Shown here in pieces: positions 39,701 to 48,107 of a stretch of DNA of 64,000 bases (its first letter is position 1; each line of letters begins with the position of its first letter). The translations under genes and the position numbers were made by a program. Below the pieces are notes generated by a model. That model made no database searches, was not told the DNA's origin, and was given only the letters and a program-made list of their open reading frames with translations. The stretch is from Vicinamibacteria bacterium (lineage in GTDB: Bacteria > Acidobacteriota > Vicinamibacteria > Marinacidobacterales > Marinacidobacteraceae), in contig OY821641.1 in assembly GCA_963555995.3 (NCBI GenBank), forward strand, positions 576,001 to 640,000. Direction: 5' to 3'.

Positions 39701-40290
39701 ACAACACGCCCGACGAGTGCGCCTTCGCCAAGTGCGGACCGCTGTCGGACGCCGACTACGGCCCGTCGCGGGTCCATGTGCCGCACCAGTTCAACATCAA
39801 CGGCACCTTCCGGACTCCCGGCGACAACCCGATCTTCAGCGGCTGGGCGCTTTCGGTGGTGACGATCATGCGGAGCGGCTTCCCGCTGGTGGTGACCCAG
39901 AACTCGAACCCGCTGAGCGCTTACGGTTTCGCGAACCAGCGGCCGACCAGCGCGAACCTGAGCGGCGGCGGGAACCCGCGGGGGAACCACACCACGTACC
40001 TGACGGCCGGCGACGCGCAGCTCACCCAGGGACTCACGCTGAGCAACTCCCCGAACACCACGGACTCGGTGCGCAGCCCGGTCCTGATCAACTGGGACGT
40101 CTCGCTCGAGAAGACCACGCGGATGTATGAGGACATGAACCTGACCCTCCGGTTCGAGTTCATTGACGCCTTCAACCACGTGAACTGGCGCGGACCCCGC
40201 ACCGTGCTCGGCGCCGGCACCTTCGGAAGCATCCCGGGCACCCGCGGCTACCCGAGGACCTTCCAGTTCATGGCCAAGGTCACCTTCTAG
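36778..40290 (+). CDS. Oar-like TonB-dependent receptor with carboxypeptidase-regulatory N-domain
   Basis: GGAGG RBS and ATG 36778, signal peptide, ETVTVIG, NNYTVDG, YDAEMGRTGGG, FIQDDWR..LNLGLR, terminal KVTF. Confidence 0.93.
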   Translation: MRSLLFRTAAVLGVLGLASGVFAQTFQGGVRGIIQDADGGVLPGVSVTLENDDTGVSRTAVSNAVGEYNFASVQPGTYTLRAELSGFAPFVSEGLVVGVSSFLVVDATLAIGGIEETVTVIGETPLIETATASVSSAVSRSELEVLPTPGRNVFILGVGTPNVVHTGNPVWVKQSDQTNSSLLSLGGGPLRGNNYTVDGVSTTDLRNRTVIIPVFEAVQELKVQVNTYDAEMGRTGGGVFNVIHRTGTNNWAGSALYQRRPGKVNTFWRALSYTDQLAYDADNSRTFADRPFWLWGGSFGGPILQDRTFFWWSAEGNNDVLAENTEVILPTSAEAAGDFSASDTTIYNPFDLDANGNRKPFPGNVIPADMIDPAGRGLAQLLTTLGPGGGVSSSGAQTTTALQSTANVSHTFSDAWQSSLTYLYYTSKEGAFQQYTNLLGADSAPAFGIGAADLLRDVHAVAFNNTFITGDASVLTLRYGQTYFNDSVINPEYGIDQIRSELGVQGGFLDQIFAQDGYVGQFPSISVANFGDGGSTHGSWSNTDVQWTSREVSGTYSMFLGNHTLKYGAQWRRMGLHAAGFGNGFSMSFAQKFTQGPNPTAPDSGSGSALADLLLGIPNGGSATIAQAADVFIDYYGGFIQDDWRPSQNLVLNLGLRVEHETGLMEDDNGFAVGWDRTNPFPMQVSLDPSLEGSLPGFPLRGGLMYAGLDGNPTHQWDPPGIKLGPRLGFAYTLNPETVVRGGYAVFWAPYAIPSGTGASHTGTFGYTAVTNFDSSVDGITPPSATASNPFPNGLLNPVGNGNGRLQNIGGDVYFNEQFRASPYINKWSLDIQRDIGNDLALKIGYVGSQGADIPIGGTNNSVININQLADQYLSLGDRLNDQYPNPFYGDSRFGARASDETLPLGQLLRPFPHFRNVFARHVSSGKSLYNALRVEFEKRFRGNWGARINYTFTKHDDNIYENNQLLENETGTIYNTPDECAFAKCGPLSDADYGPSRVHVPHQFNINGTFRTPGDNPIFSGWALSVVTIMRSGFPLVVTQNSNPLSAYGFANQRPTSANLSGGGNPRGNHTTYLTAGDAQLTQGLTLSNSPNTTDSVRSPVLINWDVSLEKTTRMYEDMNLTLRFEFIDAFNHVNWRGPRTVLGAGTFGSIPGTRGYPRTFQFMAKVTF

Positions 40291-40313
40291 GCGACCCCAC
40301 CCACGAACACATT

Positions 40314-40347
40314 GGGGGGCGGGCCTTCGGGCCCGCCCCCCTTTTTT
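40314..40347 (+). terminator. Intrinsic terminator
   Basis: Stem GGGGGGCGGGCC, TTCG loop, GGCCCGCCCCCC, then TTTTTT. Confidence 0.92.
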
Positions 40348-40350
40348 GTT

Positions 40351-40410
40351 GGAACGCCGGTCTCCAGACCGGCACGCGCGGTGCTCCGCACCGCGCCCGT
40401 CGTAACCCCA
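40351..40410 (+). repeat. REP-like double-hairpin unit
   Basis: GGAACGCCGGTCTCCAGACCGGCACG-CGCGGTGC-TCC-GCACCGCG. Confidence 0.88.
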
Positions 40411-40487
40411 TCCATCCCGACGGCGCGACACTGACAGGAACCCACGCCGCGCTCCCTCCTCCCAACCCACCGGAGTACGATCGGACC

Positions 40488-41801
40488 GTGATCCCGACGG
40501 CCCGGCGCTACGGCCTCCTGGGCGGCCTCGTCCTCGCGTTCGCCGCTGCCACCGTGTTCGGCCAGGCACCGGAACCTCCCGTAGCGGACGGCCGCAACAT
40601 GGAGCCCCAGGTCTCCCTGCTCCTCGACCGGCTCGTGGAGGAGTTGCGGACCCGGCCCGAAGACCCGGCCCGCTGGCTGGAGTACGGAGAGACGCTCCAT
40701 GCCCACGGGCTCGTCAGCGACGCGGCGGAGTGCTACCGGGCAGCGCTCGAACTTCTGCCCGCCGGGGACGTGACGCGCCTCACCGCGCGCTATCTGCTCG
40801 CCCACGCCTTGCGGGGGGCCGACCGCGCGGTCGCCGCGGAGGTGCTCGAAGCGGCGGTGGCGGAGCACCCCGGATACCCGCCAAGCCTCCTGTTCCTCGG
40901 TGAGCTACGGGAGGAACTCGGTGACCGGACCGCCGCCGAGGTCAGGTACCGGCAGGCGCTCGAACTCGATCCCGGATCGGCGCTCGCCCTCTTCCGGCTC
41001 GGCTCGATCGAGCTGGCGATGGGAGAGGCCCGCGAGGCGCTCGCCCTCCTCGAACGCGCCCTGGCGCTCGCGCCGGACGCGGGCGCGGTGCGCGCGGCGC
41101 TCGCGCGCGCCTGGAACGCGGCTGGGGACCGGGACCGCGGCCGCGCCGTGCTGGACGCCGGAGAGGCAAGGCCGGACGCCGGTCTCCCGCCGATCGAGGA
41201 CCCGGTCCACTTCCGGATGACCGAGCGGGACATCTCTTCCCCGCGCCTCCTGGAGCGCGCCCGCGCGGCGCGGGGCGCGGGTCGCCTGGAGGACGCCGAG
41301 ATCCTCTACCGGGACCTGGCCCGGATCCGCCCCCGCGACGCCGACGTGCTCGCCGAGCTCGGCGCGGTGCTGGATCAGCGGGGCCGGCCCGGAGAGGCGG
41401 AGCCTTGGTACCGCGATGCGGTGGCGCTCGATCCGGGGCAGGCGCTGGCCCGCTTCGGGCTCGGCGTGCTCCGGGCGCGCGAGGGGAACCTTCCCGCCGC
41501 CGAATACGAGTTCCGCGAGTCGCTCGAGTCCCGGCCCGACGAACCGCAGACCCACACCGCGCTCGGCGACGTGCTGCTCCGCCAGCACCGCTTCGGGCCC
41601 GCGCTCGCGGCCCTCGAGCGGGCCGCCCGGCTCGATCCCGAGGACGGCCCCTCCCGGGTGCTGGCCGCGGTCGCGCTCGCCGAGCTCGGCCGCTTCGAGG
41701 AAGCATGGCGCGCGGTCCACGAGGCGCGGGAACGCGGCGCGGAGGCGCCGGAGGGGTTCCTCACCGCGCTCCGTGAAAAGCACCCCGAACCGGGCCGCTG
41801 A
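40488..41801 (+). CDS. Exported TPR protein
   Basis: Signal peptide, multiple TPR helices (YRQALELDP, ARFGLG, LERAARLDP). Confidence 0.85.
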   Translation: MIPTARRYGLLGGLVLAFAAATVFGQAPEPPVADGRNMEPQVSLLLDRLVEELRTRPEDPARWLEYGETLHAHGLVSDAAECYRAALELLPAGDVTRLTARYLLAHALRGADRAVAAEVLEAAVAEHPGYPPSLLFLGELREELGDRTAAEVRYRQALELDPGSALALFRLGSIELAMGEAREALALLERALALAPDAGAVRAALARAWNAAGDRDRGRAVLDAGEARPDAGLPPIEDPVHFRMTERDISSPRLLERARAARGAGRLEDAEILYRDLARIRPRDADVLAELGAVLDQRGRPGEAEPWYRDAVALDPGQALARFGLGVLRAREGNLPAAEYEFRESLESRPDEPQTHTALGDVLLRQHRFGPALAALERAARLDPEDGPSRVLAAVALAELGRFEEAWRAVHEARERGAEAPEGFLTALREKHPEPGR

Positions 41802-41814
41802 CGGGGTTCTTCGG

Positions 41815-43473
41815 GTGCGTTCGCCGGGCGCTCGCCGCCTGCTCCTCAGCGCCGTCCTCGGCCTCGCCGGGTGGTCCCCAGCGGCCCAGGAGAGGCTCCG
41901 CCTCGAAGACGTGACCGCCGGGTCGGGGGTCCGATTCCTCCACGACCCCGGAGACCTCTCCCGGTTCCCGCTGCCCGCGATCATGGGTTCCGGCGCCGCG
42001 CTCTTCGACGCGGACGGGGACGGGGACCTCGACCTCTACCTGATCCAGGCGGGCTCGCTCCCGGAGGACCGGGACGGGATCCCGGCTGCGGAACTCCCCG
42101 GCAACCGCCTCTTCCTCCAGCAGCCGGACGGCCGGTTCCGGGACGACGCCGGCGCGCGTGGGCTCTCCGACCGGGGTTACGGCGCCGGCGTGGCGGTGGG
42201 TGACGTGAACGGGGACGGCGGCGCCGATGTCTTCGTCGCGAACTACGGGCAGGACGCCCTCTACTTCGGGGGCGGTGGGTCGTTCGTGCGGATGGACGCC
42301 TCGGTGTTCGGGGAGCGCTGGTCCAGTGCGGCGGCCTTCTGCGACTACGACGGCGACACCGACCTCGACCTCTACGTGGGCGGCTATCTGGTGAACGACC
42401 CGGACCGGGACTGCGTCTCGGCCTCCGGCGAACCCGACTTCTGTTCCCCACAGAGTCTTCCCTACGAACGCGACGGGCTTTTCCGGAACCGGGGCGACGG
42501 GACCTTCGAGGATGTGTCCGGCGAGGCGGGGATCCTGGCGGAGCGCCGGCCGGCGCTCGGCGTCCTCTGCCACGACTTCACCGGCGACGGCCGGCCCGAC
42601 ATCTACGTGGCGAACGACGGCGAGCCCAACCTGCTCTGGGAACAGGCCGAAGACGGGACCTTCTCCGACGCCGCCCTCTTCCTCGGCGTCGCGCTGAATG
42701 CGCAGGGACGCTCCGAAGCCAGCATGGGGGTGCTGCTCGGGGACGTGGACGGGGACGCCGACCTCGACCTGTTCATGACGCACCTCCGCGCCCAGACGAA
42801 CACGCTCTACCGGAACCAGGGCGGCGGATACCTCGACGACACCGCGGCGCTGGGTCTGGCGCTCCCGAGTCTTCCGTGGACCGGGTTCGGAACGCGTTTC
42901 CTCGACCTGGAAATGGACGGGGACCTCGATCTGCTGCTGGTGAACGGCGCGGTCGCCCGGGAGGGCGGGACGCCGGCCGCCGGAGGACTCGATGTCTATG
43001 CCGAGCCCGCGCAGGCGTTCCTGGGCGACGGGAGCGGCCGTTTCGAGGAAGCGGCGGTCGGGGACTTCACCGGCGCCCGGTCCGTGGGCAGGGGGCTCGT
43101 CACCGGAGACTGGGACCGCGACGGGGACCTCGACGTCGTGGTCACCGCCGTGGGAGGGCCGGCCCGCCTCTTCGAGAACCGCTCGTCAAGGGAAGGCGGA
43201 TTCGTCGTCGTGGAGCCGCGCGAGTTCTCGCGGGCCAGCCCGGGCGCGGTGGTGATCCTCGAACTCGGCGGCCGGAGCCTCGTCCGCGCCCTGAACCCGG
43301 AGGCCGGCTACCTGACGAGCAGCGAGCCGGTGGCCCACTTCGGGGTTCCGCCGGGGGCGGAGATCACGGGCTTGCGGATCCGCTGGCCGGACGGCGCCGA
43401 GGAACGCTTCGAGCCGCCGGAACCCAACACCCGAGTGGCGGCGTCACGGCAGGCTCCCCCCCGAGTGCGTTAG
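41815..43473 (+). CDS. CRTAC1-like FG-GAP repeat protein with ASPIC/UnbV domain
   Basis: Repeated DxDGDGDLDLY motifs, GYLTSSEPVAHFG, IRWPDG; GTG 41815 is the probable start. Confidence 0.88.
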   Translation: MRSPGARRLLLSAVLGLAGWSPAAQERLRLEDVTAGSGVRFLHDPGDLSRFPLPAIMGSGAALFDADGDGDLDLYLIQAGSLPEDRDGIPAAELPGNRLFLQQPDGRFRDDAGARGLSDRGYGAGVAVGDVNGDGGADVFVANYGQDALYFGGGGSFVRMDASVFGERWSSAAAFCDYDGDTDLDLYVGGYLVNDPDRDCVSASGEPDFCSPQSLPYERDGLFRNRGDGTFEDVSGEAGILAERRPALGVLCHDFTGDGRPDIYVANDGEPNLLWEQAEDGTFSDAALFLGVALNAQGRSEASMGVLLGDVDGDADLDLFMTHLRAQTNTLYRNQGGGYLDDTAALGLALPSLPWTGFGTRFLDLEMDGDLDLLLVNGAVAREGGTPAAGGLDVYAEPAQAFLGDGSGRFEEAAVGDFTGARSVGRGLVTGDWDRDGDLDVVVTAVGGPARLFENRSSREGGFVVVEPREFSRASPGAVVILELGGRSLVRALNPEAGYLTSSEPVAHFGVPPGAEITGLRIRWPDGAEERFEPPEPNTRVAASRQAPPRVR

Positions 43474-43489
43474 CCAGGATCACGCAGCA

Positions 43490-43688
43490 GCTTGGAACGC
43501 CGGCTTCAGCCGGCACGCGCGGCGCTCCGCGCCGCGCACGGCGTGACGTTGACCCGTGGCGTGATTCTTCTTCTGCACCAACCTGAACACACCGGGTATT
43601 CCTGTCACGGCGTCCCGTGAGGCCGAACAGCGGCACGTCGGCCGCGGGCCTCCGGCCCGCTGTGCCGGCTGAAGCCGGCGTTCCAAGC
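43490..43688. repeat. Inverted REP doublet (REPIN/BIME-like)
   Basis: GCTTGGAACGCCGGCTTCAGCCGGCAC at 43490 and its reverse complement at 43662-43688. Confidence 0.88.
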
Positions 43689-43702
43689 CGGCGGAGCGAT
43701 CA

Positions 43703-44209
43703 CTACGAACCGGCGCAGCCCGCCAGATCGCAGGACACGCCGACCGGTTCGCAGTCCGGCCCGCCGGCCCGGACTTCCAGTTCCGAGATCCACTCGATCG
43801 TCATGGTCTGGCGGAAGCCGTCCCCGAGCGGCGCGAAGGCCAGGTCCGAGACGAAGGCCCCGATGGTGGGGCGGAGGCCCGGGACGTCGAGATTGGCGCC
43901 CCCCGCTGGAACCTCGATTGTGTAAGGCGACACGAATTCCAACCCAACGTCGGGATCTTCGGTGTCGAGCGTCAGTTCGCCGCGCGCAATCACCGGGGCG
44001 TCGCCCGGACCGAGGAAGGCAACTTGGAGCGATAGTCCGGTGCAGGGCTCCAAGGGTTCGGGAGGCGGTTGGGCGGGAGGCGCAGGAGCGGGGGACGCGG
44101 GCGCTGGAGTTGGAGTCGCCGGCGTGGAAGTTCCCGTACAGCCCACGAGCGACAAAGTCCCGAGAACGATCACGCTGGCCGCGATTCGCCCCGCGCCACG
44201 GTTCGTCAC
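43703..44209 (-). CDS. Hypothetical lipoprotein
   Basis: GTG overlapping the matrixin stop; LSLVGC lipobox, Pro-rich linker, Cys-containing domain. Confidence 0.65.
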   Translation of the reverse strand: MTNRGAGRIAASVIVLGTLSLVGCTGTSTPATPTPAPASPAPAPPAQPPPEPLEPCTGLSLQVAFLGPGDAPVIARGELTLDTEDPDVGLEFVSPYTIEVPAGGANLDVPGLRPTIGAFVSDLAFAPLGDGFRQTMTIEWISELEVRAGGPDCEPVGVSCDLAGCAGS

Positions 44210-45288
44210 GGAGGCGCCTCCCGACCGTTTCGTACCACGATCTCCACATCCTCGAGTACCTGGCCCGCCTGGATGGAGACCCAGCGCAACCGGTCCCGGA
44301 ACTCCAGCGTGCCAGCTTCGGCCGCAAGGTCCAGCATCGCGCCGTACGCGTTTCGCCGCGTCACGAGGATCGGGTGGACCCAGAGCATCCAAGGGCCGGG
44401 TGAGAGACCCTCAAGGTGGAACTCGCCGTTCTCGTTGGCGAAAGCTCCCGGGCCCGGCCGGGTCGGAATGCCGTCCTCGCCCGGTCGGACCGCCTGCACG
44501 TACGCGTAAGGCGCGAGTTGCTCTTCCAGCACGACCCGCCCGCGGATGGAACCGCGCGACCCGGAAAAGCCGGGAGCCGCATAGAGCAGAGAGACAGCCA
44601 CCTTCTCGTCCTCGGATAGATCCAGCCTGTACGAGTTGGAGTACGACATCACCGGGTCGGGGAGGAACGACGGATCCGCAGTGACCGGCAGATCAGTCCA
44701 CAGCGGCATGGGGTGCGGTTCCGTGTGCCCGAGCCCCAGACAGTGACCCATTTCGTGAATCACCACGACCTCGAGGAGCCTCACCGGATCCTGTGGCGAC
44801 CAGTTCTTCACGAAATCTGGGTTCACCTCGATGTCGCATCCAGTGAGGGTCCCGCCGTCCCATCGCCACCGTGCGCCCGCCGTAACCCAGGTATCGCGGA
44901 AGAACTCATCGGACGAAAACCCGATCGTATTGATCCCGTCGTCGGCGCTCGCCTGGCTCGCAGCGACCGTGGCATCCTCCAACACCAGTTCGATTCGAGC
45001 CGTGGGGATCCTGGTCCAGTGGGCAAGGCCCCGCCGGGCGATCTCCGTCCAGGCCTCCTGGGTGATCCCGACATCCGCTGGGAGGTTGTCGTTTTCCAGC
45101 ATCCGGAATCGGAGGGGGAAGCGGGACGGGTCCCAGCGAACGGCTTCTTCTGGAGCGGCCAGCCGCCCATACCGGTTGGCTTCCGGGTCGTAAGACCAGA
45201 AGAAATACGCGTGCACCGGAATAGAGCCGCCGACCAACACAGCCAGGACTGCTGCGCCGAACCTGGTTCGGGGCGCTCTTCGCGTCAT
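44206..45288 (-). CDS. Matrixin-like (metzincin) metalloprotease
   Basis: Signal peptide, HEMGHCLGLGH, Met-turn PVMSY, C-terminal beta-sandwich. Confidence 0.85.
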   Translation of the reverse strand: MTRRAPRTRFGAAVLAVLVGGSIPVHAYFFWSYDPEANRYGRLAAPEEAVRWDPSRFPLRFRMLENDNLPADVGITQEAWTEIARRGLAHWTRIPTARIELVLEDATVAASQASADDGINTIGFSSDEFFRDTWVTAGARWRWDGGTLTGCDIEVNPDFVKNWSPQDPVRLLEVVVIHEMGHCLGLGHTEPHPMPLWTDLPVTADPSFLPDPVMSYSNSYRLDLSEDEKVAVSLLYAAPGFSGSRGSIRGRVVLEEQLAPYAYVQAVRPGEDGIPTRPGPGAFANENGEFHLEGLSPGPWMLWVHPILVTRRNAYGAMLDLAAEAGTLEFRDRLRWVSIQAGQVLEDVEIVVRNGREAPP

Positions 45289-46367
45289 CGGGCCGGGCCC
45301 GCCTCGATCGGCGTGGAGAGCGTCCCGATTCCCTCGATCTCGATATGGACGGTCTGCCCGGGGCTCAGGAACTCGGGCGGCTCCCGCGCCGAGCCGACCC
45401 CGTCCGGGGTGCCGGTGGCGATCACGTCTCCCGGATGGAGGGTCACGATCTCGCTGGCGTAGGCGACGAGGTGCGCCACCGAATAGATCATGCTGGCGGT
45501 GGTGTCGTCCTGGACCACCCGGTCGCCAATCCGGGTGGTCAGGCGGAGCGCCTGCGGGTCGGGCAGGAAGGCGGCCGGCGTGACGTACGGCCCCATGGGA
45601 GCGGCGCGGTCGCCGCTCTTCCCGGAGAACCAGTCCGGCCCCGGCAGCATGGGGTTCTCGCGGAATCGTCCGCCGCGGTCGCTCACGTCGAAGACGACCG
45701 TGTAGCCGAACACGTGGTCGAGCGCCTGCTCCGGCGGCACCCGCAGGGCGGTCTTCCCGATCACCACCCCGAGCTCGCCCTCCCAGTCAATGCGGTCCCG
45801 GCCGGGCGGGATCCGGTAGGGCTCTCCCGGCCCGATGATGCCGGAGCGGGGGGACTTGGCGAAGAGGTAGGGCGCGTCCCGGTCCGGGTCCACGTCCTGC
45901 TCCACGTCCATCTCCGCGGCGTGGGAGCGGTAGTTGGCCGCCGCCGCCAGCAGGTGCGCGGGGTAGAGGAGCGGCGCGGTCAGGCGGTGGGGCTCGATGC
46001 GGAAGCGGAACCCGTCCTCGCGGCCCGCGAAGTGGTTCGCGAGCTGGTTCAGCCGGTTCCGCGCCCGGTCGCCGGCGGCGATGACCGCGATCAGGTCCGA
46101 CGGGAAACCGTAGGGCTCGGCGCTGATCTCGGTGGCGAAGAGCGCGTCGGCCGCGGCCAGGTCGAGGATCGTCTCCCCGATGACGATGGCCGGGCGGGGC
46201 GAACCGTCCCCGGCGTCGGACGCCCGGTAGGTGGCGAGCCGGTAGGGAGTGAGCGGCTCCGCCGAGGGCAGCGCGATGTCGCTCGTGCCGCCGCACCCCG
46301 CCAGGCCGAAGAGGAGCGCGGCCGCCGCCGGCATCCCGAAGAACGTGTTCCTTGGAGCCTCAACCAT
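45285..46367 (-). CDS. Fumarylacetoacetate hydrolase family lipoprotein
   Basis: LAGC lipobox, AANYRSH, DWEGELGVVIG, DVSDR, GKS, PGDVIATGTP. Confidence 0.88.
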   Translation of the reverse strand: MVEAPRNTFFGMPAAAALLFGLAGCGGTSDIALPSAEPLTPYRLATYRASDAGDGSPRPAIVIGETILDLAAADALFATEISAEPYGFPSDLIAVIAAGDRARNRLNQLANHFAGREDGFRFRIEPHRLTAPLLYPAHLLAAAANYRSHAAEMDVEQDVDPDRDAPYLFAKSPRSGIIGPGEPYRIPPGRDRIDWEGELGVVIGKTALRVPPEQALDHVFGYTVVFDVSDRGGRFRENPMLPGPDWFSGKSGDRAAPMGPYVTPAAFLPDPQALRLTTRIGDRVVQDDTTASMIYSVAHLVAYASEIVTLHPGDVIATGTPDGVGSAREPPEFLSPGQTVHIEIEGIGTLSTPIEAGPAR

Positions 46368-46403
46368 GATGCGATTAGCCTAACGAACCGCGGAGGAACT
46401 CCC

Positions 46404-46775
46404 ATGCTGCGTCTGCTTCTCGTCCTTTCCCTCGGTGCGCTGGTCGGTTTCGTGTCCGGTTCCCGGTTCGCGGGCGGCCAGGAGGCGCGCACCCGCCGCG
46501 AGCCCCAATTCGAGAACGAGCACCTGAAGGTCTGGAAGACCTACATCTACCCGGACCAGCCGCTCGCCATGCACCGGCACGAGAATGGCCGGGCCATCGT
46601 CGCCCTCCGCGGAGGGACGCTCCACGTGGTCACCGAGGCAGGCGACGAGAAGGCCATGCACTGGGAGAGCGGCAAGGCGTACTGGCTGGACGCCGACCCG
46701 CCCGGTGAGCTGCACGGCGACGTGAACCGGGGCGAGGAACCGATGGAGGTCATCGTCCTCGAGCTCCAGCGCTGA
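46404..46775 (+). CDS. Exported cupin-domain protein
   Basis: GGAGG RBS and ATG 46404, signal peptide, MHRH...LHGDVN cupin motifs. Confidence 0.8.
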   Translation: MLRLLLVLSLGALVGFVSGSRFAGGQEARTRREPQFENEHLKVWKTYIYPDQPLAMHRHENGRAIVALRGGTLHVVTEAGDEKAMHWESGKAYWLDADPPGELHGDVNRGEEPMEVIVLELQR

Positions 46776-46782
46776 GGAGAGC

Positions 46783-47835
46783 GTGGTGGAGCGCAGGCCG
46801 GTCGGGTTCGGCCTGATCGGGACCGGCATGGCGGGCGGTTTCAACGCCCGCGAGCTGGCGTTCGTCGAGGGCGCGTTCCTGGCGGCGGTCTGCTCCCGCG
46901 ATCCGGAGGGCGTGCACACTTTCGCGGCCGAGCACGGGAACCCGCGCGCAACCACCGACTACCGGGAACTGATCAACGACCCAGAGGTGGAGGTGGTGTG
47001 CATCACCAGTCCCACCGGCCTCCACGCCGAGATGACCCTGGCGGCGGCGGACGCCGGAAAGCACGTGCTGGTCGAGAAGCCGCTCGAAGCGACCGTCGAG
47101 GCGGGCGAGCGGATGGTCGAGCACTGCCGGAAGCGGGGCGTGCGCCTCGGCGTCATCTTCCAGATGCGTTTCGGACGGGTCGCGGACAGGCTCCGGGAAC
47201 TGCTCGGCAGCGGCGGGCTGGGCGAAATCTGGCTGGCGGACGCCTTCGACAAGGCCAGCCGCGCCCCGGCCTACTACCGGAAGGCGGCGTGGCGCGGCAC
47301 CGCCGCGCTCGAGGGCGGCGGCTGCCTGATGACGCAGTCCATCCACATCATTGACCTGCTGCAGCACCTCGTGGGACCGGTGGCCTCGGTGATCGGAAGG
47401 ACCGCCACCCGGCGGCACAACATCGAAGTGGAGGATCTCGCGACTGCGTTGCTCCGGTTCGAGAACGGCGCCATGGGAGTGGTGGAGAGCACCACCGCGG
47501 TCCGTCCGGCGCTCCGCTCGCGCCTCGAGATCCACGGGGAGCGGGGCACGGTGGTCGCGAACGCCCAGTACGACCAGTTCCTGGTGTGGGACGTGGACGG
47601 CGTACCGGGGCCGGAAGGGCTGCCGGAGACGGCCGACTGGGTGGATACCGACGATCCCTGGGCCTATCCGCAGACGCGCCACCGGGTCCAGCTCCAGGAC
47701 ATGGCGGACGCGGTACGGGAGGGACGGGACCCGGTGCTCACCGGCGAGGAGGCGCTCCGGTCGCTGCGGGTGGTGAAGGCGATCCAGGAGTCGAGCGCGC
47801 TGGGCCGTGAGGTGTTCCTGAAGAGCGCGCCGTGA
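46783..47835 (+). CDS. Gfo/Idh/MocA family oxidoreductase
   Basis: GLIGTG, GKHVLVEKP, GGGCLMTQSIH, VEDLA. Confidence 0.92.
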   Translation: MVERRPVGFGLIGTGMAGGFNARELAFVEGAFLAAVCSRDPEGVHTFAAEHGNPRATTDYRELINDPEVEVVCITSPTGLHAEMTLAAADAGKHVLVEKPLEATVEAGERMVEHCRKRGVRLGVIFQMRFGRVADRLRELLGSGGLGEIWLADAFDKASRAPAYYRKAAWRGTAALEGGGCLMTQSIHIIDLLQHLVGPVASVIGRTATRRHNIEVEDLATALLRFENGAMGVVESTTAVRPALRSRLEIHGERGTVVANAQYDQFLVWDVDGVPGPEGLPETADWVDTDDPWAYPQTRHRVQLQDMADAVREGRDPVLTGEEALRSLRVVKAIQESSALGREVFLKSAP

Positions 47836-47875
47836 GCGTGGAGTCGCGCGGCTCAAGCGCCACGATGGCGCTGCC

Positions 47876-48043
47876 GGCTTGGAACGCCGGCTTCAGCCGG
47901 CACCCGCTGCGCGGAGCGCAGCGGACTGCACGACGCTCCCCCGCGTGATGGCGTTGGACTCTCGGTCCATCCCCTCGAACAGCGGCACGACATCCGCGCG
48001 GGCCTTCGGCCCGCGGTGCCGGCTGAAGCCGGCGCTCCAAGCC
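47876..48043. repeat. Inverted REP doublet (REPIN/BIME-like)
   Basis: GGCTTGGAACGCCGGCTTCAGCCGGCAC and the inverted copy GTGCCGGCTGAAGCCGGCGCTCCAAGCC at 48016; shares internal GAACAGCGGCACG with the 43490 doublet. Confidence 0.88.
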
Positions 48044-48107
48044 GTTTCCGCCGTCTGCCTCCGCTGCGGCGCGCGTTTTCGCGGCCGAAGGCCGGGGCGC
48101 TCCGAAG

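Noticed and set aside
36568-40569. 1333-aa minus-strand ORF
   Set aside because: Antisense shadow of the TonB receptor caused by high GC3; no recognisable motifs.
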